From Negaprion brevirostris (lineage: Eukaryota): DNA of 63,787 nucleotides. How positions within the stretch are numbered: the stretch's first letter is position 1; each line of letters begins with the position of its first letter. The stretch covers positions 53,193,410 to 53,257,196 of the forward strand of contig JARDVH010000025.1 of assembly GCA_030324005.1 (NCBI GenBank), given 5' to 3'. The position numbers and the translations under genes are program-made. Below the pieces are notes generated by a model that saw nothing but the letters and a program-made list of their open reading frames with translations, was not told the DNA's origin and searched no databases. Shown here one piece after another: positions 48,176 to 61,500 of this stretch.

Positions 48176-51100
48176 ATAGAATCTCTTATGAAGGAGGCCC
48201 TTTGGCCCATTGAGTCTGCACTGACTCTACGTTAGAGTATCTTACCTTGGCCCAGAATATGAAAAATATTATTTCAATATTGAATGTTTCTTACAAATTG
48301 TAGGAATTTAGTATTCATTGTCTCTGATATTTTTATTCTAACTGAAATCAAAGTCTGTTTAATACAATGTTTATCATCAAAAATCCACCTTATCGTCTAA
48401 AGAAGCTTGAACCCAACACACCTTTTTTGTAAATTGGTAAAATAGGATCTTTCTTTTGAATCAGTTAAACCACTCTTCCCACAGGGCTTTATAAATATTG
48501 GTAGCGATAAAACACAGCAAATATTCTGATAATTTATTGCCAACTGTAGATGTAGACGTATATGAGTAAGGTTCACCAAAATTATTTTAGATATTAAAAC
48601 ATAACTTGACAGTTGCAGCAACAACCGTCCATTTCATTTACGTGTTTTAATAAGAAATATTGCAGTAAAATTGTCAAACATTAATAAAATACAGGACATA
48701 ATTTTCATTTCAATCATGGGATTGAAAATCATAGGCTAATTTTATGACTTTATGCTTCAAGTGGCCCCACGAGTTCTGCTATCATGTGGCCCTGCCCACA
48801 ATGTGCAGAGTTTCTCACCCGTAAGTATACTCCCAGAAAATCAGCCTCCTAATGTGCAGTAGGTATTCATATTATGGAATTATGGCTAGATTTTTATAAC
48901 CCTAGAAACTACTGGTGGCAATTTAACATATGAACATTTGTTATTAATTTGTCTGCTATTTTAACTGTGACATCCAGCCACTTTGTTCTTTATGGATTTT
49001 TTGTTCATCCTTTATGGCAAAGAAGTTTTTATCATTTGGGGTGTTTGGTAGTGTTCCGGTGAGTTTTAAGTGATTACTAAGACCAATCTGCATCTGAAAA
49101 GTTCTGCTGAACAGAATTAATGTCTCAGCTAAAATAACAGATAGAGAAATGGCAGGCCAATGTAATGAACATTCCTTCGCCAATATCGGTACCCTTTGGC
49201 AATAGTTTGAAAATCATGTCCAAACTATTACGGTTTTATTTCTTCCCAAAATATTTTGACTATAGGAAATTTTAGATTGATCTGGCAGAGAAATAAGTTA
49301 GATATAAATAAATTAGAGAATTATAAATAAACACAATGTGCATACATAGTAGGTTTTAAACAGGTATAGCCTCAGGCTTTTTTTATATAGTGCAGAAGGC
49401 TCATGCAATCCTGACAGACACTATTGTTTATGCTGGAGATGAATTCTGTCAATGCATCTTGCAATGAGTTCCCAGTTGACTATAAGGTGTAAGGTGAAAC
49501 GTGAGATATTTTTGTCTACATGTTAGTCTAGCCGTGCTGTTTAAATGATGTTTGTCCCGAATCAATGACAGTGCTCCTTATTCTTTCACTCTCCCGTTGT
49601 CTGGTATAGAAATCAGGCGGGGCCAATAATTTTGTGTCTGCTTTCTAAAATGTAGCACAAGCTCAGTCATCCTAGTTATTTGCTCAATGTTTAATTGTAA
49701 AATTTGCAACCAGAGAACTTAGAAGTGGGACCAATAAATTAATAATGAGCATGACAAATGATCAGATTCTCTTGCAAATCATTTTCACTCAAATATACAA
49801 GATTTCTGAAAGTAGCTTGTTTAATTAAATATTGTGTAATCTAAGAATGAAATCAGTTGTGGACCACGAGAATGAGGAAGGGTTAATCTTCAACCTGATT
49901 ATATAGAAAATTGTAGATTCCCTGGAATATCATATGAGAATGCAATGTACCTCCCTCGGAAATAGAGAGAGGAAAAAAAATCAATCTTAACTGGATAAAA
50001 TGCCAATTTTAAGTAAAGATAAAACATAACCTGTAGAATGAGAAATGATTGTATAAAAGTAATATTAAACCAAATTGATTATTGATTTGTCTTTGTTAAT
50101 TGTTGCACGCTTACAACTTTGAAAGCAGCATTAGTCGTCCAATGAAGGCTTTGCTTAAGAACGTCTCTTTGGAAGCTCCATGTTTGACTGATCCAAATTA
50201 GTATTGATTTGTTTTTGCATTATTTACAAGTACCTTTAAGTCTGTGTTCATAGTTCAAATGGAGCTCAGGTGCATTAGGACTCTGGAAAGATGGTGCATT
50301 AGAGACCCAAGGGAAAGAAGCTTTTTACTGTGAGCAGTAATGATGCACGCAAATGCCTATTTTGAGGACTATGAAGCAATCTGGAGTCTTGTGCAGCTTA
50401 TTATATATCCTTTCTTCAAATGCATATTCTCATTATTTTCTTCAGTTTGGTATTAGGTTCATGTTGTGGCAAAAAAAAACAATAATGGGAACATTCCAGC
50501 AAGGCATTTCACTCTCCTGCAAAAGGGGGAGGGGTGGAAATACAACATTGCTAAGAGGAATGTCACATATTGGGATAGAGTGGATAGCTACTGGGCTCCA
50601 CTTCCACTTATGGTGTCTTGAAAATCCCAACAGGGGTAGAGGAGAAGAGGAATGAGACACTTTTTCTGTGTGTGTACCTCCCCCATCCCTGCCTTGGCTT
50701 GGCTTGTATGGGTGTATCTGGGGAGTTCCCTGATGTAAGCAAATTGTTTATGTACTTTTTTCTGCTTGTCTCGTATTCCTTTCTGCGAGTGCTGACCCTT
50801 GCAGTTTCACAGGTATTAGAAAACTATTGCTACCTTTGCTTATTTGTCATGTTGAAACATAGTGATAACCAACAAGTTCAACGATTATTGATCCTGATCT
50901 CAAATGAGCCCAATCCTATTCGAGACTGTTGGCAGCGCGCGCAACACTGGACTCAATGGATAGCAGCCAGGAGCAGGAAACTCATTTGTTTTTGTTTTGC
51001 TCTCCAGTCCAATGGTCCTGAGTCCAATTGCAGGAGCTGACAGGCAATCATGCAGCGAACTAATTAACTCAGCACAGGCCAGTGTCTGCTCTGTGTTAGT

Positions 51101-52104
51101 CAGCCTGACACCTACTAAACCATCAGGGCTCAGGAGGGATGGTCTTGGTTTTAGCTCCAAGGTCAAGAGAAAAGAAGCTCCATTTTCTGCTAACGCACTG
51201 TTTGCGTTTAGATATTCAGTGTTGCAGAGAAAAAAAAATCAGGCAGATTGCTTTGTGGATGCATGATCCTTGTTGCTCAGTTTTACATCATTCAGGTGAT
51301 GTTCACACATGATGTACTAAAGAGGATAATCTGTCCAACACTTCATATGCTATGCATACTAATGCATGCTTATTTTCTGAGTCAGTTTGGGTCAAATGCC
51401 TTTTTTTTCTCCTTGCTCAATGTATGTATAACTTTTACTTTGCTTGTAGCCATGCTGCTCCAATATTACTGTTTACTAACAGTGAGGAGCAATGTAATTG
51501 AAACAGAGCAGATTAGTTTCTAATACACAGGAGTTTGCACCTATAACTCCATGCTGTCAGTCCATAGCTATATAGAAATAGTTCTTTTGTGTCAACTGTT
51601 CTATGGCTGTCTTTATACTCAACACCTTATTTCAGAAGAAAGTCTAGACCATAATTAATTCAGAAATAATCTAATGCGTCTGCACACTTGGTTTCCGTGC
51701 CATGACAAGCAATCAGTGAAGACTGCTGCTAAACTTCTGTTAATATATGGCGTTCAAGTTCCAAATGCTTGCTGTTCCTCCTTCCACTCCACCTACAAAA
51801 TACTTGATGCCTAAACAATAAAATGGAAAATCTATTCAACCATGTTAACTAGAAACACATATACACTAAGGTGTAGACCCTGACCCAACTCACAAATACT
51901 TCATAATTTAGATGGGTGACTTGTACTCTTCTGTCCATATTAGACATGCCTATCATGTTGTGCTTGTGAAATTCAAATTGTAATTCTTGCTTCAAAAGGG
52001 ATATCCTTAAACTTAGCAAGGACCAAAGAAATGAGGCAGTAAATTTTCCTCTGCTCCCAGGTGACAAATGTCTATCTCTATTTTAGACAATGACATGGGT
52101 AAAT

Positions 52105-52226
52105 TGGCTATAGAGGGATATAGATCAAACATGGGCAATCGGGACTACCTTAGTGATTAAAAAAGGGGTGGCATGGACAAGTTGGGCTGAAGGGCTTGTT
52201 TTCGTGTTGTAAACCTCTATGATTCT
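52105..52226 (+). mobile_element. CR1 3' UTR fragment
   Basis: ggcatggacaagttgggctgaagggcttgttttcgtgttgtaaacctctatgattct. Confidence 0.75.
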
Positions 52227-54569
52227 GAAAGAACAGTCATTGATAGATGGCAAGGTAAGTGGATTCACAAAGATCAAGTAAGAAGGCAAGGGAAGCTTCA
52301 GCAGGGACATGATAAACCTTGTTTTTATAAGATTCAAAGGAGCACTCACTGCAGAAGCAAAGTAAAAAAGAAACTTCTCCGTTGGGCCTCTTCTCATCCT
52401 GGATTCTGTCTCTGTTGCCTTCACCTTGTTATGAGAAGCTGATACACATATTTGAAGTAGAACTCTGGCATTTGGCCACTTTCTACAAGGAGCGGGTTAA
52501 AATGAGAAATTGTGGGATGCTGGAAAGTAAGTCACCCTGTTGACTTCAACTATCCAATCACTTGACCTCTGACTGACAAATAGGATTAAAATTATTTTTA
52601 TATTTTGTTCTAGTTCTGTGTCGCCAAATAAGGTGGCTCATTTTCACAAGGGCAATTTTAATCTGAGCCCATAAGAGTGGACACTGACAGGATCAGATGT
52701 TTGTCTCATGCATTGAAAACAATGGGCAGTAATATTGGCCAATATGTAAAACCAATGTACAACCCAACCCATATGTTTCCTGCCCAGTGAGAGAGGTTAG
52801 AACTACTCCCCTGATTTTAGCTAGGCTTGGAAAAATTTGGTAGTGTTTATTTTTATTTTTGGAGTACACTGAAGGAAGGATGGTGTGGAATACTTTTCTT
52901 AAACTTTCTTGTATGCTTATTCTCTAGGTATTGGTTCTTTTGTGTTAGAATTGATTTTGTGACTTGTCTCTTTGACTCAATTTGGCCAGAAGTTTAGAGC
53001 TGCCGTCATCTGCCTTGTTCATTCAACTAGTTATTATTCTGTTGAGCCATATAGCTGCAAATAATTTTCTTTGTCCCTGTCAAGTAGTTTGCAATCACAT
53101 CGGCTTGTATTGTAGTTTGATCACTGACATTTTGGCCCTGATAACATTGGAGCAGCACACGTGGCAATGGGGGAGAGGTTTACCAGCTGGGAAACCCAAA
53201 TCTAATGATGCAACTAAAAAAGCAGAGTTGAAGACAGGCTAGGTTCAGATTTACAGTGGCCCTGGCACATTGCCTTCCCACACCAATTGGACAGTGAATA
53301 TGATCTTCATTGTCTGTTTGGAAGACTGTTAGTCAAACACAGTTTTTTTTCCTCAGGTCCAAAAGTATTTTTTTTATATGAAAAAAGGGAACAAAACATT
53401 CAGAACAGGGTTTTTTTTAATGCTCTATGATATCTCTCCTGGTCCCCTCACTGGAAGATCAGACCAGTTCTGAAGGGTTTGTAACCCTGTGTGTGGTATG
53501 GAGAACAGGGGAACCAATATTGTCAGTGCAAAGAGCCATTTTTAGGGAACAACTGCCTCAGTGGGAGGACAGCTGAAAATTCAGTCCAATATTCTAATTG
53601 TGATCTAACCAAAAATTTATCCAGATTTAACAATTGATCTTGGTTTTTTTTTAAAAAAATCTATTTCCCTATTTATAAAATCAAGAAACCCATATTTTTT
53701 TTTAAANNNNNNNNNNTAAAGAAAGGTCTTGTCAAATTATCTTTCAATGCTCACATTCTCTCCTTATTCTTCACAAAATGCATCATATCAAATTTTTCAC
53801 ATTAAACACTAAATTCAAGCAGTCAAACAATTTCCTGTCACTCTGCTAACGGCTTTGTTCTCTTGAATTCATTTATCTTTTTCACAGCTAACTATGTTCT
53901 CTGATGTGCTGGTTTGTTTTGTTATACACCAATATATAACCACCCTCCTGCTTTACTTTTAGGGAGATTATGCATTGTTCAAACAGTACTTCCTTTCTGT
54001 GTCGAGGAATCTTTGATTGCTTGTCTTTCACTTTATCATCAAGAGGAGCGGCTGTGCCTGAAAAATTAGTCCATGACCAACATTTTCTCTTCACTTGGAT
54101 AGAAACTTCCATTAATGATGGATCAATGATAGACTCCTCCTGGTCAGACATCCTGTGGTCCATGGAGGCCTTCCTGTTTCCCTTGTATGACCTCTGCCCT
54201 CACCAACAATTTTCCACCCACTGGTCAGGGCCTGTCTGACTGGCCCCTGTGACCTCAGTCCCACTCATCTGGGCTGATCCCAGTGGCTTTGCTGGAACCA
54301 AAGAGTTGCTGGCCTTCCGCTTGGCTGGCTGTTCTTGGAGGTAGGATCTCTTGTCCTTAAAGAATCCAAGTGCCAAACAGTTAATTGTCTGGCCATGGAA
54401 ATGTGTCAGAGCTTCCAGAAACAGCAGTGGCAAAGTTAGCCCAGCTTCCCACCCTGTCTTCAAGGCCACCACTGTCTGCATTAAATTCATCCCATAGTTT
54501 TAAATATCCGTGAACAATTAAAACTGCACTAAAAAGATGTTTTGATTTGTGGGGAAATCGAAAACTAGG

Positions 54570-54836
54570 GATTATAAATAGAAGATAGCCAATAATAAAT
54601 CCAGTGAAGAATTGGGTCAACTTCTTTATTCAGAAAGCAGTGAGAATATGAAATTTGCTAACACACAAAGTCAGCAAATCATGTAGCTGTATTTAACAGG
54701 AAGTTAGATAAGCACACAAGGGAGAAAGGAATCCAAGAATTTGCAGAAAGGGTTAGATCAAGTCACGTGGGAGGAGGCACAAGTAGAGCATAAACATTGG
54801 CGTAGGCCAGCTGGGCCACATGGCCAGTTTCCACAG
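54570..54836 (+). mobile_element. Decayed CR1 3' end
   Basis: ttctttattcagaaagcagtgagaatatgaaatttgcta (FFxQ..V..WN-like) and gctgggccacatggccagtttc tail. Confidence 0.55.
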
Positions 54837-55413
54837 NNNNNNNNNNTGAAAGCTCTGTTTAATTAATGAAATTTGACATACTTGCATTGATTTTCTGAAT
54901 GTGTTTTGCCTAGTGGCACTCTTACCTTCCAACTGTACATCTCGGGAAATCACAGGCAGCATGCTCAAAGCTTCGTGACAGGCCTGGTTGTTGGGTGAGG
55001 TACTCACAATATCAGTGATACTATGTGAGTAATGGCATCTGACCAGCTTTCCCTCTGTGGTCTGAATTTTCTGCTGCTCACCTATTGGTGCTGCATTGGA
55101 GCACTTAATAAGGGAAAATGAGGCAGTTCTGTTCCATAAAGCTTCAGTCATTTTGTACCCTGAATTGTTTCTAAGGAGCGGAAACAGCAGCAAAGGAAGC
55201 AAGCAGGCAGACATTTTATTTAATTATTCATTGAGTTTATGCTGACCCTGTATGTCAATGCCTGCTCTTTCAGCATTCAGGCATCTGCTGGAAACAAGGT
55301 CCATGTGATATCAATGTTCAGTTTTGCAGCAAGTAAAGGCAAGATCATGTAGTATTAACTGTATTCCAACCACCTCCTAACTGTCCTTGTGTACTTTTTT
55401 TTAACTGGCATTT

Positions 55414-55537
55414 AGACCGGAATTTTACTGCCTCGCTTGCCCGGAATTGGGTGGTCAAGTCTTGTAGATTGGAAATCTCTGTTGGCCTCTGATGGGGTTT
55501 TACAATCTCACCCCGGCAAGATCGTAAAATCCGGCCC
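55414..55537. mobile_element. Short MITE
   Basis: agaccggaattttac ... gtaaaatccggccc inverted termini. Confidence 0.7.
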
Positions 55538-57847
55538 TTGGTTTCTCTGAATAGTCATAGCAATTGTAAGTTAATGATTTTTTTGAATTTTACATTTGGA
55601 AATCAGGAATGCTGTATCCCCTACGCTAAAGTCAAATCTACTGTGAAGGCATCAGCTTACTAACTCGATGTCGTTGGTCCCTGCTAATACTGTCGTTGGG
55701 CTGCATGCTGACTTTGCTTCTGACATTTTGAAAAATCTAATTAATCAACTCTAAAACTTATGATAAGGCCAATATACTTTGGGTAGAATTCTCATGTTGG
55801 GATTATGCCCCAGGGTGAAGGCAGGAATGCGGAGTGGTTTCCGCTGCGGGGGCATTTGTCACATTTTCCAGTCCTAACCTCGTTAATTATGCAACCAGGT
55901 GTTTTGCACCATGTTCCGTGGCAGGGCAGACCTGATAGCGTGTAATTCACTATTGGAAAGGCTCCCAACGTCACTGACCCACTACTGAAGAAAGAAAACG
56001 GACCTCCTGAAAATGAAGATGGTTCTCCGGGAACCTTCTGAGGCCAGAAGTTAGGCCTCTTCTAGGACACCGAATCTGGAAGATCCACCTGTTACTGCTT
56101 TCCCCTCACCAGCCCATAGTGTTCTGGGATCCAGGATTGCTGGCAGCCTCCATNNNNNNNNNNNNNNNNNNNNNNNNNNNNNNNNNNNNNNNNNNNNNNN
56201 NNNNNNNNNNNNNNNNNNNNNNNNNNNNNNNNNNNNNNNNNNNNNNNNNNNNNNNNNNNNNNNNNNNNNNNNNNNNNNNNNNNNNNNNNNNNNNNNNNNN
56301 NNNNNNNNNNNNNNNNNNNNNNNNNNNNNNNNNNNNNNNNNNNNNNNNNNNNNNNNNNNNNNNNNNNNNNNNNNNNNNNNNNNNNNNNNNNNNNNNNNNN
56401 NNNNNNNNNNNNNNNNNNNNNNNNNNNNNNNNNNNNNNNNNNNNNNNNNNNNNNNNNNNNNNNNNNNNNNNNNNNNNNNNNNNNNNNNNNNNNNNNNNNN
56501 NNNNNNNNNNNNNNNNNNNNNNNNNNNNNNNNNNNNNNNNNNNNNNNNNNNNNNNNNNNNNNNNNNNNNNNNNNNNNNNNNNNNNNNNNNNNNNNNNNNN
56601 NNNNNNNNNNNNNNNNNNNNNNNNNNNNNNNNNNNNNNNNNNNNNNNNNNNNNNNNNNNNNNNNNNNNNNNNNNNNNNNNNNNNNNNNNNNNNNNNNNNN
56701 NNNNNNNNNNNNNNNNNNNNNNNNNNNNNNNNNNNNNNNNNNNNNNNNNNNNNNNNNNNNNNNNNNNNNNNNNNNNNNNNNNNNNNNNNNNNNNNNNNNN
56801 NNNNNNNNNNNNNNNNNNNNNNNNNNNNNNNNNNNNNNNNNNNNNNNNNNNNNNNNNNNNNNNNNNNNNNNNNNNNNNNNNNNNNNNNNNNNNNNNNNNN
56901 NNNNNNNNNNNNNNNNNNNNNNNNNNNNNNNNNNNNNNNNNNNNNNNNNNNNNNNNNNNNNNNNNNNNNNNNNNNNNNNNNNNNNNNNNNNNNNNNNNNN
57001 NNNNNNNNNNNNNNNNNNNNNNNNNNNNNNNNNNNNNNNNNNNNNNNNACTTTCCCTTTTGTTTTGTCTGTTCTCTATTGTTTGAATCCAGGCGTCATCT
57101 TCAAACACTGACAGCTTTTATGAATGCCAATGGTTTTACAATCTCTAATGAAAATATTCTTGAGTAGAAGGATTTTAATCTCATAGCTTTAAAAAATAAT
57201 CTGATGTGTGCCATGGCCATTAAGCTATGCAAGAATAATGGGCTCTCGTGATTACTATACCGGCCATTGTAATAATGAGGAAGGGGAGGAGGGGGCAGCA
57301 ATTAACACTCTGCAACATCCAAGAAATGTTGTCCTGTACGGAATATGCAGAAGCATATTTATTACATCACTAGTGTTTATTGCTCAATTCATCTTTTTAT
57401 CTTTCAAGAATTACTTCAGTAAATGTATATACTTGAATTGCCGTGTCCTGCACAGGGCCAGGTGGAAGGTAGGATTCAGCTGGATAGCTCTTCCACGGCC
57501 AGGATAAATGGGCTAAGTGGTTTCCTTCTGTGCTGCAAATTTTCTGTTTCTAAACTATTGTACACTCTTTATTGGACACGAGCCGTTTGTCTGTGAAGTG
57601 CCTTGCCTGTATTTTAATCTTACACCTCCCAGCTGATGCAATGTAAGGAAGTGAATTTGCTGACATACTTCCAATAGAAGATTGTGATTGAATTGACTGC
57701 AACATCAATACATTAACTGTGAATTTGAAGTCTGGTTACTGTCCATACAGCTGCACAAGGCACCAGGGTTGGTTGTAATAAGTATTGGAATGCATTGCAT
57801 GTAAATAGGATACCTTTGGAGTTAATTTGATTCCAAGATTATATATT

Positions 57848-57918
57848 AGAACATAAGAACATAAGAAATAGGAGCAGGAGTAGGCCATCCAGCCCTTCGA
57901 GCCTGCCCCGCCATTCAA
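57848..57918 (-). mobile_element. CR1 3' terminus
   Basis: agaacataagaacataagaaataggagcaggagtaggccat. Confidence 0.85.
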
Positions 57919-58308
57919 NNNNNNNNNNNNNNNNNNNNNNNNNNNNNNNNNNNNNNNNNNNNNNNNNNNNNNNNNNNNNNNNNNNNNNNNNNNNNNNNNN
58001 NNNNNNNNNNNNNNNNNNNNNNNNNNNNNNNNNNNNNNNNNNNNNNNNNNNNNNNNNNNNNNNNNNNNNNNNNNNNNNNNNNNNNNNNNNNNNNNNNNNN
58101 NNNNNNNNNNNNNNNNNNNNNNNNNNNNNNNNNNNNNNNNNNNNNNNNNNNNNNNNNNNNNNNNNNNNNNNNNNNNNNNNNNNNNNNNNNNNNNNNNNNN
58201 NNNNNNNNNNNNNNNNNNNNNNNNNNNNNGTTTGAAAGTACTCTGAAGTTTTTTTGCAGATAAGTTCCAGCATTTGTGAGAGAATGTTACCTCATGTTCA
58301 TAGGAACT

Positions 58309-58617
58309 GGGCGGCACAGTGGTTAGCACTGCGGCTTCACTGCTCCAGGTTCCTGGGTTCGATTCCTGGCTTGGGTCACTGTGTGGAGTTTGCATGTTGT
58401 CCCCATGTCTGCATGGGTTAGGTTGTGGCCATGTGTGGGTTAGGTTGATTGGCCATGTTAAATTGCTCCTTAGTGTCCCAGGATGCGTAGGTTAAAGAGA
58501 TTAGTGGATAAATATAAGGGGTTGTGGGAATTGGGGCTGGGTGGGATTGTGGTTGGTGCAGACTTAATGAGCCAAATGGTTTCCTTCTGCACTGTAGGGT
58601 TTCTATGATTTCTATGA
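58309..58617 (+). mobile_element. HE1-like V-SINE, full length
   Basis: gggcggcacagtggttagcactgc, B-box gggttcgattcc, tail ttctgcactgtagggtttctatgatttctatga. Confidence 0.92.
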
Positions 58618-58669
58618 CTCATCTATAAACAGCAGAGGAATAAGTGGTTATGCTCATGTAGATTGAAAT

Positions 58670-58806
58670 AGTTCTGAAGAAGAATAATATTTGACTCAAA
58701 ATGTTAACTCTGTTTCTCTCTCCACAGATGCTTACAAGAACTTGCTGAGTTTTTCCAGCACTTTATATTTTTATTTCATATTTCCAGCATCTGGAGTATT
58801 TTGCAT
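58670..58806 (+). mobile_element. Penelope-like terminal repeat fragment
   Basis: ctgaagaag...gactcaaaatgttaactctgtttctctctccacagatgct, homologous to 15646-15745. Confidence 0.7.
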
Positions 58807-58844
58807 ATATGTATATATATATACTTTACACATGTTTACTTTCA

Positions 58845-59800
58845 GCCCACTCTTACGCAGTCACTCACTGATCCCACTCTGTGCTTGCCTTCAATGAAAC
58901 CAGTATCTGAGCTGATGGCTGCAAGTGCCAACTCAAGTGACAGGGACTCTCTATTGTGCTGTGCTGTAGCTCTTTCTTCCTTGTGGGGCTGCTGTGACTG
59001 GGCAGGTGACAGTTCTTGGGTCTCTGCAAGCAGGAGCATGGGAGGGGAATATGGTTGTGAGGGAAGTAGAATAAGGCAGGAAACAAAAGGTCTGTGACCA
59101 CTACATCAGCTAAATATCAAAATAAGGGTGAGCTCGGAGTTGAGAAGAGACGTTAGGCAGAGCTATATCATCATTTTCATTATTCTGAGTGATGTCAGAT
59201 GCTATAGTACTTTTCCTGGCTAGCACCGTAAGGCTGAGAACCATCTCCTCTGTGGAGCTCAGGAGATGCAGGTTCCTACTGGTCTTCTACTGGTTCCTCT
59301 CTGCCCCCTTCTTTCATGTCTATACCTTGTATGCAAGGGAGAAGCCAGAATGTCAGTGGTTGTATGATGCTATGTTTGGGTGATATGCTTGTTGTAGCTC
59401 AAGCGATAAAGATGCATGGACGTATCAAGAAGTGGTTGTGAGGATGGCAGCATAGATAGGCATGTGAGGGTGATGTCGAGTGTCTGGATTTTAGGCTTGA
59501 GGTCTGAGGGTGAGGGAGTGCTGCTGGGTGAGTGATGGGGTTATGGCGCAGTGAGCAGTTAGAGAAGCAGTGATGTTGTGAGCGGGAACCCCGTGAAGAT
59601 GTATTCACTGACCTTGATCACCCAGATGAGATGATTAGACCTGTGCAATGCTTGCACATCCTCAGGTCCAACCTCTTGGTGACTTTCTTGGCCTCTGGTG
59701 ATTCTTGAGGGTCTTCTGACTCCACCTCTCCCATCCCAGTGCTTCTCCCAAAGTCATGGCATCTTTCCCAATTGCACCACAAATACTTTCGGTGCCTTTA
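58845..59800 (-). pseudogene. Relic PIF/Harbinger Myb/SANT-like DNA-binding gene
   Basis: Reverse strand: LRMCKHC..NHLIWVIK|gtcagt (donor at 59612), then HERRGQRGTSRRP..LHLLSSTEEMVL; resembles QCRKKFNDL..K / HNRRE..TGGGP..L..L...EE; frameshifted. Confidence 0.55.
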
Positions 59801-60274
59801 TCACTGTGGATCCCTTTGTCTGTCCTAGTGTTTAGTTTCTAAGAGTAGCTAATATCCTTTGCAAACTGTGACCACATTTGTTTTTGAATGTTCAATCTGC
59901 TTCCTGACATTTCTTGTGTTTCACTTACTGGATATGCAGGACCCTGACCTGTATGTGGAACTACATGGATCAGATACAGATGATAATGTTTCTTACTTGC
60001 TACTGGATTCTTCTAGATGTTCAAGAATGTAATGGACTTGGAGGCTGAACACGTATCCATAACCCATAGCTCCTGCAGGTTGTTGTTGGTTAGCACATGA
60101 TCTGCAAACAATACTGCTGGGCTCTCCTGCCGTGTGCAGATTTCATTGGCAGTGCCCTGGAGCGGACAGCAACACTGGACGTGTACCACAATCATTCAGA
60201 TGAAGTGGCTTCGTGAACTTTGTATGTTGTCCAGCTCAGTGTGTAAAAACATGAGCATATCGCAAATCATGAGC

Positions 60275-60628
60275 AGCTGGTGGTGCAGTGATATTTTCAC
60301 TGGGCTAGTAATCCAGAGACCCAGAATAATGCTTCGGGCACTTGGGTTCAAACCACTGCTGATGATGAATTTGAATTCAATAAAAATCTGGAATTAAAAT
60401 TCTTAATGGTAGCCATGAAACCATTGTTGATTGTTGCAAAAAAACCATCTGGTTCACTAATGTCCTTCAGGGAAGGAAATCTGTCATCTTCACCTGGTCT
60501 GGCCTATGTGTAATGTGGTTGACTCTTAACTGCCCTCAAATTGCCTGGCAAACCATTTGGTTCCAGGGGAATTAGGGTTGGCCAACAAATGCTGGCCCAG
60601 CCAGTTACACCTATAACCCATGAATAAA
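60275..60628 (+). mobile_element. SINE family B, full length
   Basis: cactgggctagtaatccagagacccag head, gggttcaaacc B-box, core catctggttcactaatgtcctt, tail aattagggttggccaacaaatgctggcccagcc. Confidence 0.85.
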
Positions 60629-60777
60629 ATCAGGGCATTTCGATTACTATCTTGCTATTCTAGTATCAGAGAAAACACTTTAGACTCTTCCAAAACTTTA
60701 TTTTCCATCCTGGTTTATTGTTGGGAGTTGGAGGAGGTGGCTGGTCACTGTAAGTTTGGATTCTAACCAGTGAGCAG

Positions 60778-61155
60778 GACAGGCAATGGCCTAATGGTAT
60801 TATTGCTAGATTATTAATCCAGAAACTCAGCTAATGTTCTGGGGATCTGAGTTTGAATCCTGTCATGGCAGATGGTGGAATTTTGAATGATTGAAAACAA
60901 TCTGGAATTAAGAATCTACTGATGACCATGAAACCAATGTGGATTATTGGAAAAACCCATCTGGTTCCTTTAATGTCCTTTAGGAAAGGAAATCTGCCAT
61001 CCTTGTCTGATCTAGCCTACATGTGACTCCAGAGCCATGGCAGTGTGGTTGACTCTCAACTACCCTCTGAAATGGCCTCAGTAAGCCCACCTGGGGATGG
61101 GCAATTAATTCTGGCCAACCAGCGACGCCCATGACCCAGGAATAAATTTAAAAAA
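60778..61155 (+). mobile_element. SINE family B, full length
   Basis: tggcctaatggta head, gagtttgaatcc B-box, same core, tail gggatgggcaatt...ggccaaccagcgacgccca. Confidence 0.85.
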
Positions 61156-61185
61156 CCCAAATCAATAGGTTATCCATTGGATATG

Positions 61186-61500
61186 CATAAGAACATAAGA
61201 AATAGGAGCAGGAGTAGGCCATCTAAGCCCTTCGAGCCTGCCCCGCCATTCAGTAAGATCATGGCTGATCTGAAGTGGCTCAGTTCCACTTTCCCGCCTT
61301 CTNNNNNNNNNNNNNNNNNNNNNNNNNNNNNNNNNNNNNNNNNNNNNNNNNNNNNNNNNNNNNNNNNNNNNNNNNNNNNNNNNNNNNNNNNNNNNNNNNN
61401 NNGCTGTCCTTTCTCAGCGGGAAGAACCTCTCCACCTCTACCCTATCCATCCCTTTCATCATCTTGTACGTCTCAATGAGATGTATGCTGCTAAAGAATT
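61186..61500 (-). mobile_element. CR1 3' end spanning a gap
   Basis: MMKGMDRVEVERFFPL and cataagaacataagaaataggagcagg terminus. Confidence 0.88.
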
